38,861 bases of DNA from a virus. Of the stretch, positions 1-6,609 are shown in pieces. A program made the translations under genes and the position numbers. The stretch is from the IMG/VR virus record IMGVR_UViG_3300011126_000093; one strand, 5' to 3'. Under the pieces are notes generated by a model. It was not told where the DNA came from and searched no databases. It was given only the letters and a program-made list of their open reading frames with translations. Numbering within the stretch: the first letter of the stretch is position 1; every line of letters begins with the position of its first letter.

Positions 1-21
1 AGATATTAGGCATCCGACCTG
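1..21. repeat. 21-bp terminal direct repeat, copy 1 (identical to 38841-38861); circular or circularly permuted assembly overlap
   Basis: agatattaggcatccgacctg is read at both ends of the window. Confidence 0.95.
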
Positions 22-162
22 CATGACTGGCACCTTTCGGCGTTACAGTCTGGAGCGGTAACAATCGTTCTACAGCGTTTTTGACTTGGTGCCCGTTGGC
101 TTGCCCGATACCCAAGGCATTAAGGAAGGAACGAATAGCTATAAGTGTAATCCCCGGCACAC

Positions 163-221
163 TCTAGCGGGAGTTTAAAACTACGCCAGAGACTACCTTA
201 TAACCACTCGCACCCGCTAGA
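163..221 (-). promoter_or_regulatory. Perfect 9-bp inverted repeat (TCTAGCGGG / CCCGCTAGA) around a 41-nt spacer, downstream of the last early gene
   Basis: Arms at 163-171 and 213-221. The spacer contains the palindrome AGTTTAAAACT. No U-run follows, so it is not a canonical intrinsic terminator. Confidence 0.4.
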
Positions 222-260
222 ATGCCCAGAAATAATACCATGATTAATCAATTAATAAAA

Positions 261-479
261 TCAGTGTATTACCGATCCGGCAGCGAACAGCCAATCAGTA
301 TTAACATGCTCATCACTAGCATCTTCCTCTTTTTCAGAAAGACTCCTAGAACCACAAAGGCGGCACTCAAAATAATTATAATCATCCGTATCAAAAGAAA
401 AGACCCAATCATGGTGCCCTGAACACTCTTCCCATCCAGCAACTATTAAACCTTCTATAACTTTATTATTCACTGTCAT
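261..479 (-). CDS. hypothetical protein, Cys/His-containing (last gene of the leftward early operon)
   Basis: ORF track 261..494. The ATG at 479 (MTVNNK) overlaps the upstream gene end by 13 nt. Contains HHD...CRLC. Confidence 0.5.
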   Translation of the reverse strand: MTVNNKVIEGLIVAGWEECSGHHDWVFSFDTDDYNYFECRLCGSRSLSEKEEDASDEHVNTDWLFAAGSVIH

Positions 480-666
480 TTTGTTCAACCGCATCTATTT
501 GTAGAGTTAACTCGACTTGGTTAAACCACCCACCACTTTCCATATGCCACCCACCAACTGAAGCATCTAAGCAAATAAGGCCGTACTCTTTAGTCAAATC
601 TTCAAGAACAGCTTCAATTTTCTTTTCAGCTTCTCGCTTTATCTCTTTTGGTTTCATAATTACCAT
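466..666 (-). CDS. hypothetical protein (66 aa)
   Basis: ORF track; co-oriented with its neighbours and preceded by hairpin element 681-730. Confidence 0.5.
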   Translation of the reverse strand: MVIMKPKEIKREAEKKIEAVLEDLTKEYGLICLDASVGGWHMESGGWFNQVELTLQIDAVEQNDSE

Positions 667-680
667 CCAATAAATAAATT

Positions 681-730
681 TAATAACACAGCGTAGCGTT
701 AGACCTTCGGCTAACGTACTGCGCGTTATA
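681..730 (-). repeat. Intercistronic hairpin element, subfamily 1 (TAATAACACA...AGACCTTCGGCT...GCGCGTTATA)
   Basis: Imperfect long stem (CGTTAG/CTAACG core). The distal arm includes the TAA stop of gene 726..971. Shares flanks and centre with 8514-8563. Confidence 0.6.
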
Positions 731-971
731 TTTTGTCTTGCATTTCATATCTTGCGCACATCCACACAGAATACGCAGAGGCAGCTATAAACATCAGTGC
801 AATAAATGGGTCAGCCCAGTGTAAAAACCTATCACCAAAAATAAGCCTCTCCAACTGAGACTCTAATAAATTAAACATCACGTAAAACAGCATTACTGTA
901 ATCACAGACAGAAACGGGTTCCCTTTTGATGCTGTTGCCAGGGCCCAAAACCACAGTTCAATTTTTTTCAT
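726..971 (-). CDS. small membrane protein (about 3 hydrophobic segments)
   Basis: ORF track 726..980 starts at TTG. The ATG at 971 gives MKKIELWFWALA. Hydrophobic stretches are visible. Confidence 0.5.
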   Translation of the reverse strand: MKKIELWFWALATASKGNPFLSVITVMLFYVMFNLLESQLERLIFGDRFLHWADPFIALMFIAASAYSVWMCARYEMQDKI

Positions 972-987
972 ACCTATCAACCATCAA

Positions 988-1066
988 ATATAACAATGTA
1001 AATCACGGCGACTCACTACACGCCGCCTCGCTCTGTTTCGTTCCCGCGTGTTTACGGGGTTATTAA
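988..1066 (-). repeat. Intercistronic hairpin element (ATATAACA...GTAAATCACGGCG / CGCGTGTTTAC...GGTTATTA)
   Basis: Inverted arms were read by eye. The upstream gene's TAA stop lies in the TAATAAC arm. Confidence 0.5.
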
Positions 1067-1254
1067 GTCTTGCCTCGCTCTTCGTCCATCTTCTTCTGGT
1101 TTTCGAGAGCTGATTCCAGCTCTATTCTGTTAAACATGTGGATTTCAGCCTCTAGCGTTTTTCTTTTAGCTTCATCATTGGCTTTGTCTTGCGCTACCTT
1201 TAAGCGGCCAATTTCTTCTTCGATAAACGCATAAGGCTTTGTCATATTAGGCAT
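1063..1254 (-). CDS. hypothetical coiled-coil protein (63 aa)
   Basis: ORF track; SD TAGGGGG lies 6 nt before the ATG. Confidence 0.55.
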   Translation of the reverse strand: MPNMTKPYAFIEEEIGRLKVAQDKANDEAKRKTLEAEIHMFNRIELESALENQKKMDEERGKT

Positions 1255-1271
1255 TTAAACCCCCTAAGGCT

Positions 1272-1326
1272 TAATAACAATAATTTCAAAATGGACGGCT
1301 TCGCCGCCGGTTAAATTCGGGTTATC
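1272..1326 (-). repeat. Intercistronic hairpin element (TAATAACA...GGGTTATC) inside a 158-bp noncoding spacer
   Basis: AATAAC/GTTAT flanks and an internal CGGC-TTC-GCCG stem. Spacer 1255-1412 holds no ORF. Confidence 0.4.
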
Positions 1327-1412
1327 AGTGCCCCATCACGCTTCCCAGCGGCTTAGGCAATGCCGGTCGCTACGTCGGCTTTAGCGTATCACCTCCGGTT
1401 AGAGGGTGTTCT

Positions 1413-1661
1413 TTAAACCTCGTAAACATCAGCTTCACGCAACACGGAATGATCAACATTGCCCTGACTGGTTCCTTTCGGAAACATTCCCCACTCTTCA
1501 ATCTCTGCGCTTTTCGCCTCAGTGTCGTCGTCGTTATATGGAATTACTTCAAGACGCACATTCAACTGTGTCATTTTCCTAATCGCTTCCTCTTTCGTCT
1601 CAGCTTCTATCTGAGCACAAAGATTTGCAGATACCGGCATGTTTACTATAAATGTTTTCAT
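1413..1661 (-). CDS. hypothetical acidic protein (82 aa)
   Basis: ORF track. Its 27-nt leader is nearly identical to that of gene 1718..1924. Confidence 0.55.
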   Translation of the reverse strand: MKTFIVNMPVSANLCAQIEAETKEEAIRKMTQLNVRLEVIPYNDDDTEAKSAEIEEWGMFPKGTSQGNVDHSVLREADVYEV

Positions 1662-1717
1662 AAATTCCCCTTTAATTAAAAATACTTTGCTAATGATGCA
1701 ATAAACAATGAAGGCAG

Positions 1718-1924
1718 TTATAAGCTTTCAATGATTGGAGCCATTTCATCATAAACAACGTCATCAGATACGGCATTGAACGCTTCTGCAAGCGCTGTTT
1801 GCAGTTCAATCATAGAGCCTACTTCGGTTGTTGCAAAGTCGCCATCCTCAGTAGTTACATCTCCAGCTCTATCACTTACCACTTCAAGTGCTGCAAGCAA
1901 AACTTTCTTAATTGATTCGTTCAT
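1718..1924 (-). CDS. hypothetical strongly acidic protein (68 aa, about 15 D/E vs 3 K/R)
   Basis: ORF track; conserved leader GTATTTTTAATTACAGGGGGATTTATG. Confidence 0.55.
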   Translation of the reverse strand: MNESIKKVLLAALEVVSDRAGDVTTEDGDFATTEVGSMIELQTALAEAFNAVSDDVVYDEMAPIIESL

Positions 1925-1966
1925 AAATCCCCCTGTAATTAAAAATACGCACCGGGTTAGTGTGAT

Positions 1967-2000
1967 CGACTAAAACCGACTAACGCCTGATTTCGACTAA
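1967..2000. repeat. Three direct CGACTAA repeats (1967, 1977, 1994)
   Basis: Read directly. Noncoding, and adjacent to the tRNA-like element. Confidence 0.6.
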
Positions 2001-2022
2001 ATCAAGATGGTGCGTATTAGGG

Positions 2023-2136
2023 TGGTGACTGGCTGGGATTCGAACCCGTTAACCAGACTTGCGCCTCAGTGGGTTATCATCCTCACTGAATTTTGATTGA
2101 CTTGATTAGAGCCTTAGCTCAAGCCGTCCAATCACC
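2023..2136 (-). ncRNA. tRNA-like element (non-canonical, about 114 nt); possibly a degenerate tRNA or a relic of a tRNA-type attachment site
   Basis: The minus strand ends ...GGGTTCGAATCCCAGCCAGTCACCA. GGTGATTGG pairs with CCAGTCACC. An internal hairpin has the 7-nt loop ATGATAA. However the T-stem is imperfect (ACGGG/CCCAG) and the length is too great for a tRNA. Confidence 0.35.
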
Positions 2137-2190
2137 ACTCTGATACACACTAAAGCCCCCGCCGTAAACTACACCGCGACGGGTCGGCTA

Positions 2191-2379
2191 TTAACCAAGA
2201 TTTACAGTGCGAACATTGCCGCGCTCAACTGCGTTAACGTAAGACTGAGAAGCTGAATTTGCCCAGTACTCCTCAAAACTATTATCTTTAACTAGTTCAA
2301 CGCCATATTCTGCCAAGTCGCTAAGATCAATATTCTTAGTAGCGGCATCGACTCTTGCTTGTAGCTCTGATTTAGTCAT
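2191..2379 (-). CDS. hypothetical protein (62 aa)
   Basis: ORF track; box promoter 2424-2467 lies upstream. Confidence 0.55.
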   Translation of the reverse strand: MTKSELQARVDAATKNIDLSDLAEYGVELVKDNSFEEYWANSASQSYVNAVERGNVRTVNLG

Positions 2380-2423
2380 TTTTTATTCCTTATCTTTGTT
2401 TGCTTCGTTTACTTTATGTTTTA

Positions 2424-2467
2424 ACTATACCTGACCTGTTTTGTTTGTGTAGGACACTATGCGCCAA
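2424..2467 (-). promoter_or_regulatory. Box-type promoter (TTGGCGC-N5-GTCCTAC, 19 bp, TATAGT)
   Basis: Minus strand reads TTGGCGCATAGTGTCCTAC-N19-TATAGT, about 45 nt upstream of the ATG at 2379. Confidence 0.6.
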
Positions 2468-3050
2468 TTCGCTCTTTATGTTTCGCAACTTCAGCCTTTG
2501 CCGTTTTAATGAAATCATCATAATCCTGAGTGCTTCGCTTAACCGTTGTTTTTTTAACGTCTTGCATATGTATTACAAACTCTTCGCCAAACTCTCGAAT
2601 CATAAACAAAGTATAGAGCGATTCCCTGCCGTCGAATTTCATCCCGTTACCGTTGCAAGGTTTACACTGCGGCCAGATATTACGCGTGTCTAGCATCCAG
2701 TACGAGCTACTGCCTTTAGCTATGTAGTGACCGCCGTCGAACCCATCATTCCATCGCCCTACATGGCCACACGTTACGCATGTGCAAAAGCCGTTGTCAT
2801 CAGCACGCGAAATCCTAGCCAGCTCTTGAGCAACGATTAAAGCCTCAGCCCGTGGGTTTCGTCTAACCTTCTTTAATTGCTCCCTGTGCGCCGCTTTCCT
2901 GACCTTTTCGCCGTTAGCCTTGCCGTTAGTCGTCCTTACCCATTCCGTAGCGTGCTCAGGTGTACAGAAGGCGCCAGCGGGAACCGCTATCATAGATTGG
3001 GCTTCGAAGTAGCCTTTACAGTGCTTGCATCGCTTTTTACTATTCGCCAA
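2457..3050 (-). CDS. ninG: NinG/Rap-like recombination endonuclease
   Basis: N-terminal CKHC...C..EH zinc motif and C-terminal CVTCG...GGHY...CKPCN, as in lambda NinG (recalled from memory). Confidence 0.7.
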   Translation of the reverse strand: MANSKKRCKHCKGYFEAQSMIAVPAGAFCTPEHATEWVRTTNGKANGEKVRKAAHREQLKKVRRNPRAEALIVAQELARISRADDNGFCTCVTCGHVGRWNDGFDGGHYIAKGSSSYWMLDTRNIWPQCKPCNGNGMKFDGRESLYTLFMIREFGEEFVIHMQDVKKTTVKRSTQDYDDFIKTAKAEVAKHKERIGA

Positions 3051-3234
3051 TTTCCTGCCATCCCTTTTCAGTCAGAACCACACTGCCGAACTTTACTGTC
3101 ACTAGGTCTAGTGCAATAAGCTGCTTTACCATCGTCTTATGCCAATCTGCGCTAAAGCCTTTGCGTGTCTTGGTTGGTGTTTGAGTGTACTTTGCAATCT
3201 CAAATAGCCGTTCTTTTTGTAGTGTTGTTGTCAT
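3040..3234 (-). CDS. hypothetical protein (64 aa)
   Basis: ORF track; overlaps both neighbours by a few nt. Confidence 0.5.
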   Translation of the reverse strand: MTTTLQKERLFEIAKYTQTPTKTRKGFSADWHKTMVKQLIALDLVTVKFGSVVLTEKGWQEIGE

Positions 3235-3235
3235 T

Positions 3236-3424
3236 TTAGGCTCTTCTATTCCAATATTTAAAGTCGAAATTTCCGCCTTTATCTTTATATATCGTCATTG
3301 AAGGATTAGGACATAGCATAGAGACTCTGCCGCAACTAACTATTAAAAACTCTTCAGTATGTCGAATTACCACAGCCTTACTCCCACAAAACGGACACGG
3401 CTTTAACTCTTCTTTATTACTCAT
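3236..3424 (-). CDS. Lar-family restriction-alleviation-like protein
   Basis: ELKPCPFCGS at the N-terminus and YWNRRA at the C-terminus match the Lar-family pattern (CPFCG ... WNRRA). Confidence 0.6.
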   Translation of the reverse strand: MSNKEELKPCPFCGSKAVVIRHTEEFLIVSCGRVSMLCPNPSMTIYKDKGGNFDFKYWNRRA

Positions 3425-3821
3425 GTAACCCCCTAGACGGCCAAGGTACGTGTATGCCGTGCTCTGATAGCTTTCTATTTATGTGTTCATATATGAGCGA
3501 GTATTGCTCTCGCTTCGGCTTAGTGGTGCTTTCTTGATCGGTTACAGCCAGCTGTACTGGTCGCCAGATGTTGTCTTTTACAGTGCGCTCATTCCATTGA
3601 ACTTGAAATCCCGGCTTGAAGAATACCTGCTGCTCTATGCCTGCGTCGTTCATTGCATCCGATACCATCCTGCAGTACAAGTGCAATGCGCCGTTCTGAG
3701 TGAGTGTGCGCTGCTTGCCAGTGCTTACCTTAACCTTCAGGTATCTATCAGCTTCATAAGCCGCTGTAAGCTCTTGTATTGCTTCCTGCAAGCTTTGGTC
3801 ACTGTTTATAAGTAGTTCCAT
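3417..3821 (-). CDS. ninB: NinB/Orf-like recombination mediator
   Basis: RTLTQNGALHLYCRMVS resembles lambda NinB RSLDQNRKLWACLGDVS. The STTKPKREQY...HGIHVPW tail also fits. Confidence 0.65.
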   Translation of the reverse strand: MELLINSDQSLQEAIQELTAAYEADRYLKVKVSTGKQRTLTQNGALHLYCRMVSDAMNDAGIEQQVFFKPGFQVQWNERTVKDNIWRPVQLAVTDQESTTKPKREQYSLIYEHINRKLSEHGIHVPWPSRGLHE

Positions 3822-3862
3822 GCTAAGCCCAGTATGTTTTTTTCGTTTTCCGTGATTATCAT
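3806..3862 (-). CDS. possible 18-aa upstream ORF with a strong SD, overlapping the ninB start by 16 nt
   Basis: AAGGGGGTTAAGATG... encodes MIITENEKNILGLAWNYL*. The ninB ATG itself has no SD. Confidence 0.25.
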   Translation of the reverse strand: MIITENEKNILGLAWNYL

Positions 3863-3873
3863 CTTAACCCCCT

Positions 3874-3927
3874 TAATAACACCTCGTAGCGCGCGACTCG
3901 TGCCTCGCACGCGTACTCTTTGTTATT
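3874..3927 (-). repeat. Intercistronic hairpin element, subfamily 2 (about 75% identical to 10677-10731)
   Basis: TAATAACACCTCGTAGCGCGCGACTCGTGCCTCGCACGCGTACTCTTTGTTATT, with stem GCGCGCGA/TCGCACGC. Confidence 0.65.
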
Positions 3928-3929
3928 CA

Positions 3930-4097
3930 TCATCGGCAATGATTAATCTCATCGCACCACCAATCTGCCCACTCTTCAGGCGTCCATCCATTGTCGTTCT
4001 GCGCTTTCGGCATGTCTGTAGAGAAGTCATTGAACTGGTCAGGAATGCCTCTCTCTGCGCACCGCTTATTAAAGCGTTTAACAAAATCATCACTCAT
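3930..4097 (-). CDS. hypothetical protein (55 aa; below the ORF-track length cut-off)
   Basis: GGAGAGTACAGACTATG start; MSDDFVKRFNKRCAERGIPDQ...WWCDEINHCR. Co-oriented, and replaces the antisense track ORF 3834..4115. Confidence 0.5.
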   Translation of the reverse strand: MSDDFVKRFNKRCAERGIPDQFNDFSTDMPKAQNDNGWTPEEWADWWCDEINHCR

Positions 4098-4171
4098 AGT
4101 CTGTACTCTCCATGAATAACAAACATTTAAAATTGGACTGTCGCTAGCGCTCCAGCCCGTTAAAATTGGGG

Positions 4172-4387
4172 TTATGTGTATGCACTACCTTGCTGTCCAG
4201 TATCATTACTGCCAGAACAGTAGTTTCTATGGTTGTTTGCTTTCGGGCACCGCTTATTTCCACATTCTGGGCAAAGTATCATTCGATCAATTATTAAGTC
4301 ATTATCCCTATTGCATTGCCAACAACCACATAACAAGTCGCTTTTGTCGGACTTGCCTTGCTCGGTAGCTTCTTGTTTATCATTCAT
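4172..4387 (-). CDS. Cys-rich zinc-ribbon-like protein (71 aa)
   Basis: CGCWQC ... CPECGNKRC motifs. Confidence 0.55.
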   Translation of the reverse strand: MNDKQEATEQGKSDKSDLLCGCWQCNRDNDLIIDRMILCPECGNKRCPKANNHRNYCSGSNDTGQQGSAYT

Positions 4388-4452
4388 ACTGCTAAAACTC
4401 CGTTGTCTATCAAACTTCGCGTTTTATTGACGTCAAGCCGCAAAGCTTTGGG

Positions 4453-4755
4453 TTAAACATAATCCTGAAGCGCTGCTTTAAGCACCTGCGCTATGCGGCC
4501 ATCAGGATTAGCTTTGATATTCTCAGCTATTCCCGCGTCAAACTCCCGCGCCTTTTCCTTGCCTGAGTCAAAAGCCACTTCGATAATGTCTGACATCAGA
4601 TCCAAGTCATCGCAAGCCATACCGATCAAAGTATCAACGCGAGAGCATTGGTTCATCGCTGCGTCTAAGTGTCTGCGCTCTAATCCCGGCATAGGAAAGT
4701 CATCCCGCTCGTTCGTTTTATTTAGTAGTGCGTTAAAATCAAGTACGTTGTTCAT
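4453..4755 (-). CDS. hypothetical protein (100 aa)
   Basis: ORF track; box promoter 4779-4821 lies directly upstream. Confidence 0.55.
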   Translation of the reverse strand: MNNVLDFNALLNKTNERDDFPMPGLERRHLDAAMNQCSRVDTLIGMACDDLDLMSDIIEVAFDSGKEKAREFDAGIAENIKANPDGRIAQVLKAALQDYV

Positions 4756-4778
4756 CTCATTCCCTCAGTTTTTTATAG

Positions 4779-4821
4779 TCTATACCGTGCCTTCCTTGGC
4801 AGGTAGGACACTTAGCGCCAA
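4779..4821 (-). promoter_or_regulatory. Box-type promoter (TTGGCGC-N5-GTCCTAC, 18 bp, TATAGA)
   Basis: Minus strand reads TTGGCGCTAAGTGTCCTAC-N18-TATAGA. It begins right after the stop codon at 4822. Confidence 0.6.
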
Positions 4822-5031
4822 TTACAGGTCTTCAGACTTGATAAAAACGCCGTCAACTGTTTCACCAGTACGGTCTTTGATCTCAAGCCATGCTGCAAGC
4901 AAGCACTCGTTAAGAGTCATGCCGTTTTGCATAGCCAATATAATTAGAGTAACAACAACGTCGCCAATTCCGTCCTGTAGCTCGTCACGTTTGCCTACAC
5001 GCTTCAATCGCTTTGATTAAATCATCTGTAT
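4822..5031 (-). pseudogene. MazG-like pyrophosphohydrolase remnant, split or truncated
   Basis: The C-terminal part DGIGDVVVTLIILA...EIKDRTGETVDGVFIKSEDL is MazG-like, but it begins at TTG. A 16-aa ATG ORF (MNTDDLIKAIEACRQT*) sits in another frame. The EExxE region is missing. Confidence 0.45.
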
Positions 5032-5388
5032 TCATTCTTTATTTTCCTGTTTTTTGCTGTGCATAAAGTCTAAAACCGTCTCAGAGAACCATTGTGCAAG
5101 ATACGCAACGCTTTCATTGTTGTCTGGAGTTGGGTTTAATCCGCTTATCTTTGCTACGCCCATCGCAGCGTGTAGGCATTCGTGGACAAGGTGCGGAATA
5201 AGTAAACCCCCTTTTTCCTCTGGCAACCACATTACAATCTTTGGCTTCGCAACATCGACAAAAATCCAGCCGCCAAGCTCAGCATATTCATCATCAAACG
5301 GCCCAAACTTTCTTTTTAATTCATCTTCATTGGTACCAAAAAAGAAATCTAAATTGTAAATTGGCAGTCTTCTTTTATGTATCGTCAT
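5032..5388 (-). CDS. putative zinc metallopeptidase-like protein (HExxH)
   Basis: HECLH motif. Start taken at ATG 5388 (GGAAGCGAATAAGATG), which forms an ATGA overlap with the upstream small ORF. Confidence 0.45.
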   Translation of the reverse strand: MTIHKRRLPIYNLDFFFGTNEDELKRKFGPFDDEYAELGGWIFVDVAKPKIVMWLPEEKGGLLIPHLVHECLHAAMGVAKISGLNPTPDNNESVAYLAQWFSETVLDFMHSKKQENKE

Positions 5389-5552
5389 CTTATTCGCTTC
5401 CTTATTAGCTGCCAGCCTAGACAGTTTGCGCATTTAATCAAGCCGACTGACTGGAAGAATATGCCACCCGTGCCGATTAATTTATGGTCACAGGCGCATT
5501 CCGTTGGTTTAATCGCGCCGAGTTTCTCAGCGCGGGTTAGTAGGTCAGACAT
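5385..5552 (-). CDS. zinc-ribbon protein (55 aa; below the ORF-track length cut-off)
   Basis: MSDLLTRAEKLGAIKPTECACDH...CANCLGWQ. TAATG overlap with the upstream gene and ATGA overlap with the downstream gene. Confidence 0.55.
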   Translation of the reverse strand: MSDLLTRAEKLGAIKPTECACDHKLIGTGGIFFQSVGLIKCANCLGWQLIRKRIR

Positions 5553-5893
5553 TAACGTCGCTGGCCCGGAGGTGCCGGTTGTTGTTGATTGTATCCGCCT
5601 TGCTGGATCGGCTGTTGCGGCGCATATCCTTGCGGTGGCTGCTGGTATTGAGCGGGCTGCTGTTGTGGTTGCTGCTGGCCCTGCTCTTTTGGCTCAAACA
5701 ACGAGCACAATACAGTGTCGCGGTTATCTTCGTTAGGCACACCAGCCGGGTTAAAAGTGCGTTTCAGCATCAGGTATGGGCCGTTATCACCTTGCATCAT
5801 AACGCCAATGTTTTCGTACCGGCCTTTTGGCTGGCCTTGCGCGTCAGTGTATGAGCCTGTCTTTACTGTTACGTCGTATAGTTTGTGAGCCAT
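5552..5893 (-). CDS. hypothetical protein with a Q/P-rich C-terminal tail; possibly SSB-like, judged from position only
   Basis: Sits directly downstream of exo-recT. The tail QQQPQQQPAQYQQPPQGYAPQQP resembles an SSB linker, but there is no acidic tip. Confidence 0.3.
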   Translation of the reverse strand: MAHKLYDVTVKTGSYTDAQGQPKGRYENIGVMMQGDNGPYLMLKRTFNPAGVPNEDNRDTVLCSLFEPKEQGQQQPQQQPAQYQQPPQGYAPQQPIQQGGYNQQQPAPPGQRR

Positions 5894-6609
5894 TATTTGG
5901 CCTCCTTATGGTTTTTTAGGTATTCCCAGTGCTGACCAAACGTCACACCGATTGAATTTAGCGCCTGATCCATATCGCTGATAAATTGCGGAACGGCGTC
6001 GGCTAGTGTTTTCTGATCCGCTTCATTAATTTCTGTCTCGACGTAATGAAGACTATTAGCAAGTACAGACCGAGGTTCATACTGTGCGAAAATATGACGT
6101 TCAGCATCAGATGAAAATATCTGAAATTGAGACTGCCAGCGCCATGCTTTTTTGTTTTCCTTGAAGCACGCGAACTTAAAGAAGTTCTCACCGTTGTAAG
6201 GTGCTTTGATTTCAAAGACTGTCTTTTCGTGTACGCCATCAGGTGAGTTGCCATAGCGCATATCTTCATCGGCATAGATAAAGGGCAGCTCTTGAATATC
6301 AATAAAGCCCAGCGCAACGCTTAGCGCATCACGGGCTTCAGGTTCGTATAGACTGCCATGTTCTAACTGTTTGAACGGTAGCTCGTCAGGTATCTTGCAT
6401 GTGCAAATCTGGCTTATAAGGCTTGCCATATACGTTTGACGCCCTATTGAGTCACGCTTAGCGACAATCTTATCGGCATTGCTAGCAGACAAGACGCCCT
6501 GCTTCATTATATGCCACTCAGTAGAACCCTGCTCTATCTTCATAGGGTCAAATCCGAATACATCACTAAGACCTAACAGTCTATCTACTGCGTTTTGATA
6601 AATGCTCAT
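5893..6609 (-). CDS. YqaJ-type recombination exonuclease
   Basis: EQGSTEWHIMKQGVLSASNADKI N-terminal motif; adjacent to and overlapping recT. Confidence 0.7.
   Translation of the reverse strand: MSIYQNAVDRLLGLSDVFGFDPMKIEQGSTEWHIMKQGVLSASNADKIVAKRDSIGRQTYMASLISQICTCKIPDELPFKQLEHGSLYEPEARDALSVALGFIDIQELPFIYADEDMRYGNSPDGVHEKTVFEIKAPYNGENFFKFACFKENKKAWRWQSQFQIFSSDAERHIFAQYEPRSVLANSLHYVETEINEADQKTLADAVPQFISDMDQALNSIGVTFGQHWEYLKNHKEAK

Noticed and set aside
2023-2136. Calling this a bona fide tRNA gene (for example tRNA-Ile GAU), or an active attP.
   Set aside because: The T-stem is mismatched, there is no clear D-arm and the element is about 114 nt long, so it does not fit a canonical cloverleaf. 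No integrase is present to use an attP. It is kept only as a tRNA-like element of unknown status.
2449-2467. Reading the box TTGGCGC-N5-GTCCTAC as a sigma54 (-24 GG / -12 GC) promoter, or as a plus-strand sigma70 -35 element (AGGACA resembling TTGACA).
   Set aside because: The -12 region would read GTCC instead of TTGC. No -10 hexamer follows at 17 bp in the opposite orientation. By contrast, a TAnnnT hexamer at 17-20 bp and a correctly oriented gene are present at all nine sites in the chosen orientation.
3834-4115. 93-aa plus-strand ORF.
   Set aside because: The same interval is explained by a co-oriented minus-strand 55-aa ORF with a GGAGAG SD (3930-4097) and by a conserved hairpin element (3874-3927).
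4493-5020. 175-aa plus-strand ORF. Similar long antisense ORFs occur at 5377..5736, 5579..5854, 34158..34568, 35656..35952, 3483..3815 and 2400..2693.
   Set aside because: They lie antisense to well-supported minus-strand genes, lack SD sequences and promoters, and have low-complexity, S/L/R-rich translations typical of the opposite strand of real genes.
5560-5700. Repetitive CAG/CAA/CCG-rich DNA that could be mistaken for a repeat array.
   Set aside because: It is the in-frame Q/P-rich tail of the 113-aa ORF (low-complexity coding sequence). It has no regular spacer-repeat structure, so it is not a CRISPR array.
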